A stretch of 64,000 nt of DNA from Nitrospiria bacterium (GTDB taxonomy: Bacteria > Nitrospirota > Nitrospiria > SBBL01 > JAADHI01): contig CALZIJ010000009.1 of assembly GCA_945787655.1 (NCBI GenBank), forward strand, positions 3,588 through 67,587, written 5' to 3'. Below, piece by piece: positions 45,032 through 53,606 of the stretch; positions within the stretch are counted from its first letter, which is position 1, and each line of letters opens with the position of its first letter. The translations under genes were made by a program, and so were the position numbers. The notes beneath the pieces are model-generated. The model saw nothing but the letters and a program-made list of their open reading frames with translations, was not told the DNA's origin and made no database searches.

Positions 45032-45964
45032 ATGTTAACGTTTATTAAAAAGACAGACATCAACTTTATCGGAAAACGGAAACAGTTTTTTATGCTTTCC
45101 ACCGTTTTAGTGGCACTTGGGATAACCGCCCTGATTCTGATTTCAAGCGGCTCAGGAAACCTGGGGATAGACTTTGCGGGCGGGGCCGCGATTCAACTCA
45201 AGTTTGATCAGCCCATTCAAATCAATGCCGCCAGAAAAGCACTTGAAGCTGGTGGACTAAAAAATGCGGCACTTCAGGAAATTTCTACAGAAAACAAACT
45301 GATTATTCGACTCAAAAAACAGGAAATCGACAAAACAAATCTGCGTTCAAAAGTCAGCGATATTTTTAGCACCTCTTTTTCAGGGAACACGTTTGTCGTG
45401 GAAAGTAGTACGGAAATCGGGCCAACAATCGGGGAAAAGCTCCAACGGGATGCATTAAATGCAATTCTATTTTCTCTCATTCTTATTATTACTTACATCG
45501 CATTTCGGTTTGAATTCCGTTTTGGTATTGCCGCCGCCATCGCGACTTTTCATGATGTTCTCGTTGTGCTGGGTATTTTTTACGTACTGAATGTTGAAAT
45601 TACCCTGCTGGTGGTGACCGCCTTGCTGACCATTGCGGGTTACTCATTAAACGATACCGTCGTCGTGTTTGACCGCATTCGTGAAAACCTGAAAAAACGA
45701 AAGAAAGAAACCTTTGATGAAGTCATTAACCGTTCCATAAATGACAACCTTTCCAGAACCTTAATTACCAGTTTAACCACCTTCCTGGCGGTCATCGCGC
45801 TCTTTCTTTTTGGTGGAGAAGTCATCCATGATTTTGCGCTGGCTGTCATTATCGGGATCGTCGTCGGGACCTACTCTTCATGGTTTATTGCAAGCTCGCT
45901 TCTGGTTTCCTGGCAAAAAAGAACAGAATCCCAAGGCAAACGTGTACTAAAACGCGCGTCCTGA
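45032..45964 (+). CDS. secF: Protein translocase subunit SecF
   Basis: 310 aa. GIDFAGG, FHDVLVVLG, GYSLNDTVVVFDRIREN. Confidence 0.95.
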   Translation: MLTFIKKTDINFIGKRKQFFMLSTVLVALGITALILISSGSGNLGIDFAGGAAIQLKFDQPIQINAARKALEAGGLKNAALQEISTENKLIIRLKKQEIDKTNLRSKVSDIFSTSFSGNTFVVESSTEIGPTIGEKLQRDALNAILFSLILIITYIAFRFEFRFGIAAAIATFHDVLVVLGIFYVLNVEITLLVVTALLTIAGYSLNDTVVVFDRIRENLKKRKKETFDEVINRSINDNLSRTLITSLTTFLAVIALFLFGGEVIHDFALAVIIGIVVGTYSSWFIASSLLVSWQKRTESQGKRVLKRAS

Positions 45965-46007
45965 TTTTATACCCATTTTCAAATGGTATTTGAGAATCGC
46001 AGAGCAG

Positions 46008-46030
46008 AGCCCGGATAAAAGGGCTTTTTA
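46008..46030 (+). terminator. Intrinsic-terminator-like hairpin after secF
   Basis: AGCCC-GGATAAAA-GGGCT followed by TTTT(A) at 46026-46030. Lies 44 nt after the secF stop. Confidence 0.5.
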
Positions 46031-46097
46031 GGCGCTTTTGATTTTAGGAACACCTGACTTATTAAATAAAGGGCCGTGCTTTTGGTATTTTCAGCGC

Positions 46098-47000
46098 TTA
46101 AGCCGCAATAACCATCTTGTTCCGCCCGGAGGTTTTGGCGCGGTATAAAGCGTCATCCGGTTTTTTTAAAACCGCCTCGACACTGTCCATATCCTCCTCT
46201 ACCGTAGCCACCCCGAAACTCGCAGTAATACTGACCGGACCTTCTTTTGATGTAAAGGTCAATCCCGCAATCAGATTTCTAAACTTTTCCGCCAATGCCG
46301 ATGCACCCTTTAAATCGGTTTCGGGCAGGATACAACAAAACTCCTCCCCTCCATATCGGGCCAGACGGTTCAGTTTTCTCATATTATTCTGCATCGACAA
46401 GGAAACTGATTTTAAGACTTCATCACCAAAAAGATGACCATGCTGATCATTAATGTTTTTAAAATGATCAATATCAATCATGACAACACTAAAAGGCCGA
46501 TGATAACGCTTAAATCGATAGAGCTCTTCCTTGATAAAAAAGGTTAAAGATCTGCGATTATATGCGCCGGTTAAGGGGTCAAGCTGGGTGAGTTGAATCA
46601 GTTTTTCCTGTTGGGAAGCCGCTTCCGTCATATCTCGAACCGAGACATAGAGAGAGACGATTTCATTTTTTTCATCTCTCAGGGGGCCGATAGTACAACT
46701 TTGCTGCATCTGTTTAAACTCGGATTTGAACAAACCGGTGGGTTTCATCGGAAATAAGTAGGCATAGGGATCAAAAGGGAAAAATGCTAAATTCCCAAAA
46801 GTGAGCACGGATTGACAATTTCTAAGGAATCGGTTGTTTTTGAGGTTGGGATAGAAATCAAACAGAGATCGTCCAATGATTTCGTTCGGTCCGAAACAGC
46901 TGTGTGAGGTCATCCAACCATTCCAGTACCTCACTTTATATTCACGGTCAAAGGTCAAAATCCCCGTGTCAATGGTATCCAATACCTTGGACATATCCAT
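46098..47000 (-). CDS. PAS-GGDEF diguanylate cyclase
   Basis: 300 aa. N-terminal PAS-like fold (ILTFDREYKVRYWN...). LDPLTGAYNRR, DIDHFKNINDQHGH, RYGGEEF. Confidence 0.88.
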   Translation of the reverse strand: MDMSKVLDTIDTGILTFDREYKVRYWNGWMTSHSCFGPNEIIGRSLFDFYPNLKNNRFLRNCQSVLTFGNLAFFPFDPYAYLFPMKPTGLFKSEFKQMQQSCTIGPLRDEKNEIVSLYVSVRDMTEAASQQEKLIQLTQLDPLTGAYNRRSLTFFIKEELYRFKRYHRPFSVVMIDIDHFKNINDQHGHLFGDEVLKSVSLSMQNNMRKLNRLARYGGEEFCCILPETDLKGASALAEKFRNLIAGLTFTSKEGPVSITASFGVATVEEDMDSVEAVLKKPDDALYRAKTSGRNKMVIAA

Positions 47001-47644
47001 TAAAATTGCTCCATAAACGTATGAAGGGCCTTTTTAAACCAGTGCAGGGACTCTTCATTTGTAATCAGAAAAAAATACCCATTGATATCGTGCGCCATAA
47101 ATTTGAATTCCGTTTTTACGGAAATCACCACACTTTCCTGTCCAATTAAATTCAAAGGGGTTTGCCAGGAAGGAGAGGAGGCCATCTCCAATCGCGGGGG
47201 CGTAAATGAAACGTTTTCATCTAACACATCAACAAGTTTTCCAACACAAGCCCCTGTTAAAATATTTCCAATCTCAATGAGCGCCCCCTTTTCAAGGCGC
47301 GTCTCCTCCACAGGGTCCAGATGCTCTTGATAATCCCCCAGCAAAGCGGTTAATTTTTTTTCTGATCCTTCCGGAAAAATCATAAACACATACCCGTTTA
47401 ATTTACCGGAAAAGCTTTGTTCGATACTGTTATAGGGCGGAGTGATCTCTATTTTATTGGCCAAATCACGTTGAAAATCCTTTCCGGACACCAATGTCAC
47501 ACTGGGTACACTCAATCGGATCAACACATCAATAATTTCAGCCAATTCGGCCACAGCATTGCCAAAAGAAATATTCATGACTTCTTGCAGAATGCTTTTT
47601 TCTTCTTCGGAAAAAAGGACGTTTGCGTCTTTTAATATTGTCAT
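47000..47644 (-). CDS. CheC-class CheY-P phosphatase-like protein
   Basis: Two copies of the CheC/CheX/FliY consensus (D/S)-X3-E-X2-N-X22-P. SILQEVMN + 22 aa + P is an exact match. (G)ALIEIGN + 22 aa + P matches E-X2-N-X22-P. Confidence 0.75.
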   Translation of the reverse strand: MTILKDANVLFSEEEKSILQEVMNISFGNAVAELAEIIDVLIRLSVPSVTLVSGKDFQRDLANKIEITPPYNSIEQSFSGKLNGYVFMIFPEGSEKKLTALLGDYQEHLDPVEETRLEKGALIEIGNILTGACVGKLVDVLDENVSFTPPRLEMASSPSWQTPLNLIGQESVVISVKTEFKFMAHDINGYFFLITNEESLHWFKKALHTFMEQF

Positions 47645-48027
47645 GACACCCTCATTTCCTGCATTTTTGCCACTGCCTTGTTGACCGCCGCCTGAATCGT
47701 ATTCCTGGAAGGAGGTTTGTACACCATCAAAAAAGCACCCAGGGACATGACCCGATCGACGACCTGTTTTTGAACATCAGCAGAAACAATAATCACCAGC
47801 GCCTTGTTATCGACTTTCAACATCTCTTCAAGGGCCTCAAATCCGTCCATCACCGGCATTGTCAGGTCAAGGAAGGTCAAATCCGGTTTAAAGCGCTTAA
47901 AACACTCAAGTCCCTCAGCCCCGTTTTTCGCCTCCATGAATTCCACATCAAGCTCCGGAGGCAAACACACCTTAAGAATCCGAATGGCAACTGGCGAATC
48001 ATCAACAATTAATATTTTCTTCAGCAC
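47641..48027 (-). CDS. CheY-like single-domain response regulator
   Basis: ILIVDDSPV, DLTFLDLTMPVMDG, IIVSAD, YKP. ATGA-type 4-nt overlap with the next gene. Confidence 0.9.
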   Translation of the reverse strand: MLKKILIVDDSPVAIRILKVCLPPELDVEFMEAKNGAEGLECFKRFKPDLTFLDLTMPVMDGFEALEEMLKVDNKALVIIVSADVQKQVVDRVMSLGAFLMVYKPPSRNTIQAAVNKAVAKMQEMRVS

Positions 48028-48290
48028 GTCCCCCCCAAAAAAAAGACGAATGATTGATCACATCCTTCAATTCATAAAACAGGTCAAACTTTCGATTAAA
48101 CACAACCTAACTCTTTTATCGGTTGTTTTCCTGCCATCCTTTAGACTTATTCCTTATTGAACCCCATATTAATACGAAGACACCACACATTTTGACCTGA
48201 GATTTGTCGGACTTTCACTTGACATGTCTGGGCGTTCCTGATAGTTCGTATCCTGTTTTTTTACAACACCAACCTTGTCATGGCTTAAAA

Positions 48291-49106
48291 ATGAAGCAAT
48301 ACCTTGAACTGGTTCGGTTTATACTGAACAATGGCGAAAAAAAAGAGGACCGAACCGGGACTGGCACCCTGTCGATCTTCGGCGCACAAACACGTTATGA
48401 CCTGCGCGAAGGCTTCCCCTTACTCACCACAAAAAAAGTGTTGTTTCCTGCAGTTGTCCATGAATTACTCTGGTTTTTAAAAGGAGCCACCAATATTAAT
48501 GACGGTCTGAAGGAGCAGACCCCAATCTGGAACGCCTGGGCAGACGAAGATGGGGAACTGGGTCCGATCTATGGTTATCAATGGCGAAGATGGGAAAAAT
48601 TTGTTTGGGACGAAAAAACAAAAAGCTACCAAAAAACCTGGATCGACCAAATCCAGAACGCCATTGACCTGATTAAAACCAATCCAGACTCCCGGCGCAT
48701 TATCGTGAGCGCCTGGAATGTCTCGGATATTGACCGCATGGCGCTGCCTCCCTGCCACACCTTTTTTCAATTTTATGTCAGCAATGGACGTTTAGACTGC
48801 CAGCTTTATCAGCGCTCCGCCGATATCGCACTGGGCGTGCCCTTCAACATTGCAAGTTATGCACTCCTGTTAACCTTAATCGCCCAGGAATGCGGACTAA
48901 CCCCCGGCTTTTTCATCCACACCCTGGGTGACGCACACATTTACGAAAACCACATTGAAGGCCTTTTGGAACAATTAAAACGTCAGCCGAAACCCTTGCC
49001 TACCCTTAAAGTTGAAAAAAAAGAGGTCCTCGATATTCGTTTTGAAGACATTACGTTGTGTCATTACCAACATCACCCCTTCATCAAATTTCCAATCGCT
49101 GTTTAA
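48291..49106 (+). CDS. thyA: Thymidylate synthase (ThyA type)
   Basis: [63 protein letters not shown] 48291 is chosen over the track's 48204. Confidence 0.95.
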   Translation: MKQYLELVRFILNNGEKKEDRTGTGTLSIFGAQTRYDLREGFPLLTTKKVLFPAVVHELLWFLKGATNINDGLKEQTPIWNAWADEDGELGPIYGYQWRRWEKFVWDEKTKSYQKTWIDQIQNAIDLIKTNPDSRRIIVSAWNVSDIDRMALPPCHTFFQFYVSNGRLDCQLYQRSADIALGVPFNIASYALLLTLIAQECGLTPGFFIHTLGDAHIYENHIEGLLEQLKRQPKPLPTLKVEKKEVLDIRFEDITLCHYQHHPFIKFPIAV

Positions 49107-49112
49107 TACTCG

Positions 49113-49664
49113 ATGGCACATTTTAGCTTGATTGCCGCAATGGACTCAGAGCATGGCATCGGAAAATCCGGCCGGCTTCCATGGTCTCTTCCGGGGGATC
49201 TAAAACATTTCAAGAGTATCACCACCCAAAGAGCGCACCCTCAAAAACAAAATATGGTCCTGATGGGCCGAAAAACATGGGATTCGATTCCTGAAAAATT
49301 TCGCCCCTTGCCCGAACGGATCAATGCGGTGTTGTCCCGAAAACCGGATTTGAAGCCTCCTCCTGGGGTTCTTGCGTTCACCTCTTTTAAAAAAGCCTTG
49401 AACCATTTTAAAATACACACCCTCGATGAAACGGCCCCTCATCTTTTTGTGATCGGCGGACAGCAAATTTTTGAAACCGCTATACAATACCCCGAATGCC
49501 AAAAACTGTACATCACTCATCTCCTGCAATCGTTGCAATGTGACACCTTTTTCCCTCCTTTTGAAGACACATTTAAATGCACACACAAGTCCGCCCGTTT
49601 GAATGAAAACGGGATCACCTACTATTTCGCCGAATATCTTCGGCGGGAAAACCCTGCGGCCTGA
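49113..49664 (+). CDS. folA: Dihydrofolate reductase
   Basis: SLIAAMDSEHGIGKSGRLPW, MGRKTWDSIP, FVIGGQQIF. Confidence 0.88.
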   Translation: MAHFSLIAAMDSEHGIGKSGRLPWSLPGDLKHFKSITTQRAHPQKQNMVLMGRKTWDSIPEKFRPLPERINAVLSRKPDLKPPPGVLAFTSFKKALNHFKIHTLDETAPHLFVIGGQQIFETAIQYPECQKLYITHLLQSLQCDTFFPPFEDTFKCTHKSARLNENGITYYFAEYLRRENPAA

Positions 49665-49674
49665 GATCATACAC

Positions 49675-49697
49675 AGAAACAGCATTTCACTGTTTCT
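49675..49697 (+). terminator. Hairpin AGAAACAG-CATTTCA-CTGTTTCT after folA (weak T-rich tail TGTTG)
   Basis: 8-bp perfect stem with 7-nt loop, starting 10 nt after the folA stop. Confidence 0.4.
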
Positions 49698-49753
49698 TGT
49701 TGACGGTAAGGCCAATGTCGCCTATGCTAATTTAAATTTACTTTCTGGTATCT

Positions 49754-50035
49754 ATGTTGATGTCCGAACGAGAGACCCACCTAAGAAGCTTTTTAAAAGG
49801 CATGAGCTGGAGGATTTTGGCTTCCGCCACAACCATCGGTATCGCGTACTTTGTCACTGGAGATACCACCATCGCGATCGGCATCGGGGGGATTGAGGCC
49901 GTCTTGAAAATATTTTTTTATTATTTACACGAGCGGGCATGGCAGCTCATCCCACGTGGTACGATACGCCATATTGAAGAGGAAATCCTGATTAAACGAA
50001 AAAAGGATCCGGCAATCGATAAAGCCGATCAATAA
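49754..50035 (+). CDS. DUF2061-family small membrane protein
   Basis: 93 aa. RSFLKGMSWRILASATTIGIAYFVTGD...GGIEAVLKIFFYYLHERAW matches my recollection of the DUF2061 pattern. Confidence 0.6.
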   Translation: MLMSERETHLRSFLKGMSWRILASATTIGIAYFVTGDTTIAIGIGGIEAVLKIFFYYLHERAWQLIPRGTIRHIEEEILIKRKKDPAIDKADQ

Positions 50036-50064
50036 CCCGCTCTTCCGGAAACACCTCCAAAAAA

Positions 50065-51606
50065 TCAAGTACCGAAATACGTATCCCAAAGCGAACCCAT
50101 AAAAAAGCGGCCAAAATCAGACAAGGCCTTGGCTTTTACCTTCAGGGACGCGGCATGGGTCACATGAATCGTGGACAGCACTTTCTTAAAATCGGATATG
50201 CTCAGGCTCAGCACACCGGCGCCGATCACCGGCGCCGTCTTGTCCGTCCCCTGATGAAGCTGCGTCAATAAAGTCGTGGTGTCTTTCCACAAATCAAAAC
50301 CGGGGTCATCCTTCACTTCCTTTCTCCCGGCCAAGTAATAATCTTCACCGTCATGTTCAAAGGCCAATTCATAAATCATCAACATTAATTCCGGGTCATC
50401 CGTTGGGTGAAAGAGGTTAAATACACCTGATTTGGCCGGGATATTGATTCCAAAAGGTGAAAAATCTATGCGGCCCGTTAACCGCCCGGGATGATTCGGA
50501 TCTTTTAAAAAGACATCCAGATCCTCAATACGGACCGCGGCATGCATTGCCAGTTTTAAACCGGTCTCTTTTCCTTTTTTTTCTCCATTTAAAGGATCTG
50601 TTTTATCCAAAGAAAAAAATCCAGCCATCGTTTCCCGAAAGGTAATCCCGACCTTTGGACTCTTCATCCGGGTCGATTCCGGGGACAAAGGCGTGCCATC
50701 CCTCAACCTGTTCTTTAAATACGCCGATGCATCGGCATAACCCATATCAATCAGTGTCGCATTGTCTACCTGTCCCAAATACAAGTCAGGGTCGAGCGGC
50801 AGCGGATATTCCGGTTTAATGAGGTGGAGTCGAATCGGTTTCTGATGTCCAAAGACCTGCTCACCCTGCTCAATGCGATCGTTGATGTCCTGAATTTGAC
50901 GAAACTCTTCATGCAAGGCACCGTTGGCGCTGACTTCGAGCATATTGACATATAAGCCCAGAACTCCGCCTTTGTAAACATCCGTATTGCCAAGCACCCA
51001 AACCACCCACAATTCCTCTGCACCACGACGCACCGACTCCATGAGATTGGCATCCCGCATAAAGGCGGAATCATGATACAAATCCTCCCCGATTTTCACA
51101 GGCGGCAACACCGCAGGAAGCGACATGCCCGCGACCAGGTAATCCGTACTGATCTGTTTATGCGGAATCACTTCATTGATTTTTTGCGTGTAATTACAGA
51201 CATTAAAAGTGCCTTCAATCCCTTGGGCAGCACGCACACGATCAACATCAATCCCCAAATGTGGGAAGACTTTATCCACAATGTTGTCCGCATCTCCCAT
51301 CGCTTGAATGTCCGTGACCTTGAGATATTTATCCAAGGGCATCAGGGAGACAAAATCCTTGGGATCGAGTGTCCGCCAACGGTCGCACATTTCTTCCGGG
51401 CTTTGGCCGGAAAAAAGCATGGCATGATTCAAGGCCCCGCCGGACGTACCGTCCACATGAGAAAACGTCAAGCCTGCTTCTAACAGCGCACGAATCGCCC
51501 CTGCCTGATAGGACAAGCGCATGCCGCCGCCCGCTAAAATTAAAGCGCGCTTCGGGCCTTTTACCGAAGCCGGTGTTGCTCCGAAAGGAATGTGCTTTAT
51601 GGTCAC
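50065..51606 (-). CDS. Patatin-like phospholipase with a C-terminal domain shared with the GMC oxidoreductase
   Basis: GTG 51606 lies 6 nt after GAGGAGG (51613-51619) and is preferred to the TTG 51621 inside that SD. LILAGGGMRLSYQAG (oxyanion GGGxR), DGTSGGA (GxSxG). C-terminal about 195 aa are unrelated to patatin. Confidence 0.8.
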   Translation of the reverse strand: MTIKHIPFGATPASVKGPKRALILAGGGMRLSYQAGAIRALLEAGLTFSHVDGTSGGALNHAMLFSGQSPEEMCDRWRTLDPKDFVSLMPLDKYLKVTDIQAMGDADNIVDKVFPHLGIDVDRVRAAQGIEGTFNVCNYTQKINEVIPHKQISTDYLVAGMSLPAVLPPVKIGEDLYHDSAFMRDANLMESVRRGAEELWVVWVLGNTDVYKGGVLGLYVNMLEVSANGALHEEFRQIQDINDRIEQGEQVFGHQKPIRLHLIKPEYPLPLDPDLYLGQVDNATLIDMGYADASAYLKNRLRDGTPLSPESTRMKSPKVGITFRETMAGFFSLDKTDPLNGEKKGKETGLKLAMHAAVRIEDLDVFLKDPNHPGRLTGRIDFSPFGINIPAKSGVFNLFHPTDDPELMLMIYELAFEHDGEDYYLAGRKEVKDDPGFDLWKDTTTLLTQLHQGTDKTAPVIGAGVLSLSISDFKKVLSTIHVTHAASLKVKAKALSDFGRFFMGSLWDTYFGT

Positions 51607-51642
51607 TGAGATCCTCCTCAAATATTCATTTTGCCCTTTAAC

Positions 51643-52512
51643 TTATGTGTCAATGGGCTTGGGTGGCGCCAGCCATTCCTGACTCTGGTCCAAATCGACC
51701 ACGCTTTCAAGGCCCTCAGGAATATCACGCGGCACTTCCGGGTAATCCAGAAACCAGTTTTCGAAATGGTCATCCAAAATACCGTTGGTATCCGGGAAAA
51801 ACCCGCTAAAGATTGGATGCTCACTGATATCGAGATCCTTCAAAGGTTTTATCCGTGGATGATCGCCAATCGTCAGTTTGGCGGATCCTTTTTTAAAGAG
51901 GCAAAACCCGGCTTTTCCCTTAAAATAGACATAGGATTTCATCAACATTCCTCGAAAGGCACAGTAATTCGCCCCGCCCATGTTCACCGGAAAGGTCTCT
52001 TTCTTTGCCCGCTGGACTTCGATCTTCATCACAAACTGGCCGTCCAAATCATACTGACTGCTCACTGATTTTTCATGAATCAGAAAATCCAGATTGGCCT
52101 GATGTTTTGGCATCCCCCAAATCCCCTTCCCGCCTTTGACGGAAACAATGGAACTCACAGGCAGATCAAAGACATATTGCCCGGTTCCAAAGGGCTTCAT
52201 AAAAATCAAGGGGAGCAGACGAGGCGCGGGTTTCGGCCCATGCGTACACCCAATCCCAATACTAAATTCCACATATTTCCCGATCGTGGTGACGCGGTAG
52301 TTTATGACCGTAATCAGTAACACCGCCTTATTCCAGATTCGAAATGGATGGACTTCCCGGCCCGGCATCAGTTTTCGCGCTTTTTCATAATCGATGGTAT
52401 AGGCCGCCATCAGAGCCGGCGATTCTTTCGATGCGACAGGCAGCTCGAAAGGAATACCATCCACCAGGCCGTAACGTCCTTCCTGTCTTTTTATTCGTTT
52501 GGGTATCGACAT
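51643..52512 (-). CDS. Acetoacetate-decarboxylase-like (ADC-fold) protein
   Basis: 289 aa. ...AAYTIDYEKARKLMPG...LLITVINYRVTTIGKYVEFSIGI...GQYVFDLPVSS...GIWGMPKH resembles PF06314-type proteins as I recall them. Unverified. Confidence 0.55.
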   Translation of the reverse strand: MSIPKRIKRQEGRYGLVDGIPFELPVASKESPALMAAYTIDYEKARKLMPGREVHPFRIWNKAVLLITVINYRVTTIGKYVEFSIGIGCTHGPKPAPRLLPLIFMKPFGTGQYVFDLPVSSIVSVKGGKGIWGMPKHQANLDFLIHEKSVSSQYDLDGQFVMKIEVQRAKKETFPVNMGGANYCAFRGMLMKSYVYFKGKAGFCLFKKGSAKLTIGDHPRIKPLKDLDISEHPIFSGFFPDTNGILDDHFENWFLDYPEVPRDIPEGLESVVDLDQSQEWLAPPKPIDT

Positions 52513-52540
52513 CGTTGGTCCTTTCTAAACGGTAGCGTTT

Positions 52541-53572
52541 CTAATGAGGACGATCCAATTCCTGAACCATCAGGGGGAAGGTATCATGCACTGCATTCTT
52601 CCCTAAAAAAGGGTCCAGATGACCATAATTCGGAATCAAATGCAGCGAGTGATAATCTTTTCGTATCCCGTCAAAATACTGAAAACTCTTCACTTGGCTT
52701 TTGGGTAAAAAACAGCGGTTGTCTTCTCCGGCAAAAAAAGCAAAACGCGCATCCGTTTTGGGCGGCGCTGCCGCAAAATCGGCGGGCAGTTCTGCTTTCC
52801 CTTCAACCGCAATCAGGTTCCCTTTACTGGCGCAACGGGTGATTTGCCGAAAAAAAGGAATCGACACTTCAGCAAATTCCGCTTTTAACCATTCGTGGGT
52901 TTCATCATTGAGATTTTCATGAGACCACAGGGCGGGAAAGCCGGAACCATAGGTGAAACTCACCTGTTTGCAAACCGGATTGTCACATTCATGGTGTGTC
53001 AGCTCGACTACCGCCGCGATTAATTTGGCGATCGGAATCTTTGCAGACAGCCCCCATTGCGGGTTTAAGTAGGGGGTGAATTTTTCTGTGGGTGGAATAA
53101 AAACCTTGAGCTTGAACATCGACCAAAGCGGCAAAACAGGATGTAACGACACGGCATTACTCACGATGGTCTTGACCTGTGGAACCAAACCGGCCACAGC
53201 GGACATCGTAAAACTGGTTGAGCCCTGGCAATGAATCACGGCCTTTATTTCTTCAGAACCGGTTTCTTTCACCACAGTCTTGACCGCTTCCGGATGATCG
53301 TATAAAGCCGCCTGGTCCAGTGTCCACTCGGTCGGAGGCAAATCAATGCTCGCACGCCAATTTTCCATCCACACGTCATACCCGTTTTCAATTAAATACG
53401 CCACAAAAGTGGTTTCCGTCGGCGGCATAAACAGGTTTGCACGAACTCCGGCACCATGCACCAATAACACCGGACCTTTCGTCGGCTCCTTTTCACCCTC
53501 AACATGTATGACATTACACATCATGCCATCACCCGCCTGAAAAGGCACCACACGTTGTTTTAATACACCCAC
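52541..53572 (-). CDS. Alpha/beta-fold hydrolase
   Basis: 343 aa with GTG start. VLLVHGAGVRANLF (oxyanion region). Nucleophile-elbow-like VIHCQGSTS. C-terminal NYGHLDPFLG (His of the triad). Confidence 0.65.
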   Translation of the reverse strand: MGVLKQRVVPFQAGDGMMCNVIHVEGEKEPTKGPVLLVHGAGVRANLFMPPTETTFVAYLIENGYDVWMENWRASIDLPPTEWTLDQAALYDHPEAVKTVVKETGSEEIKAVIHCQGSTSFTMSAVAGLVPQVKTIVSNAVSLHPVLPLWSMFKLKVFIPPTEKFTPYLNPQWGLSAKIPIAKLIAAVVELTHHECDNPVCKQVSFTYGSGFPALWSHENLNDETHEWLKAEFAEVSIPFFRQITRCASKGNLIAVEGKAELPADFAAAPPKTDARFAFFAGEDNRCFLPKSQVKSFQYFDGIRKDYHSLHLIPNYGHLDPFLGKNAVHDTFPLMVQELDRPH

Positions 53573-53606
53573 TTAAACCTCCTATATTGTTCTTTTAGAC
53601 CACCCT

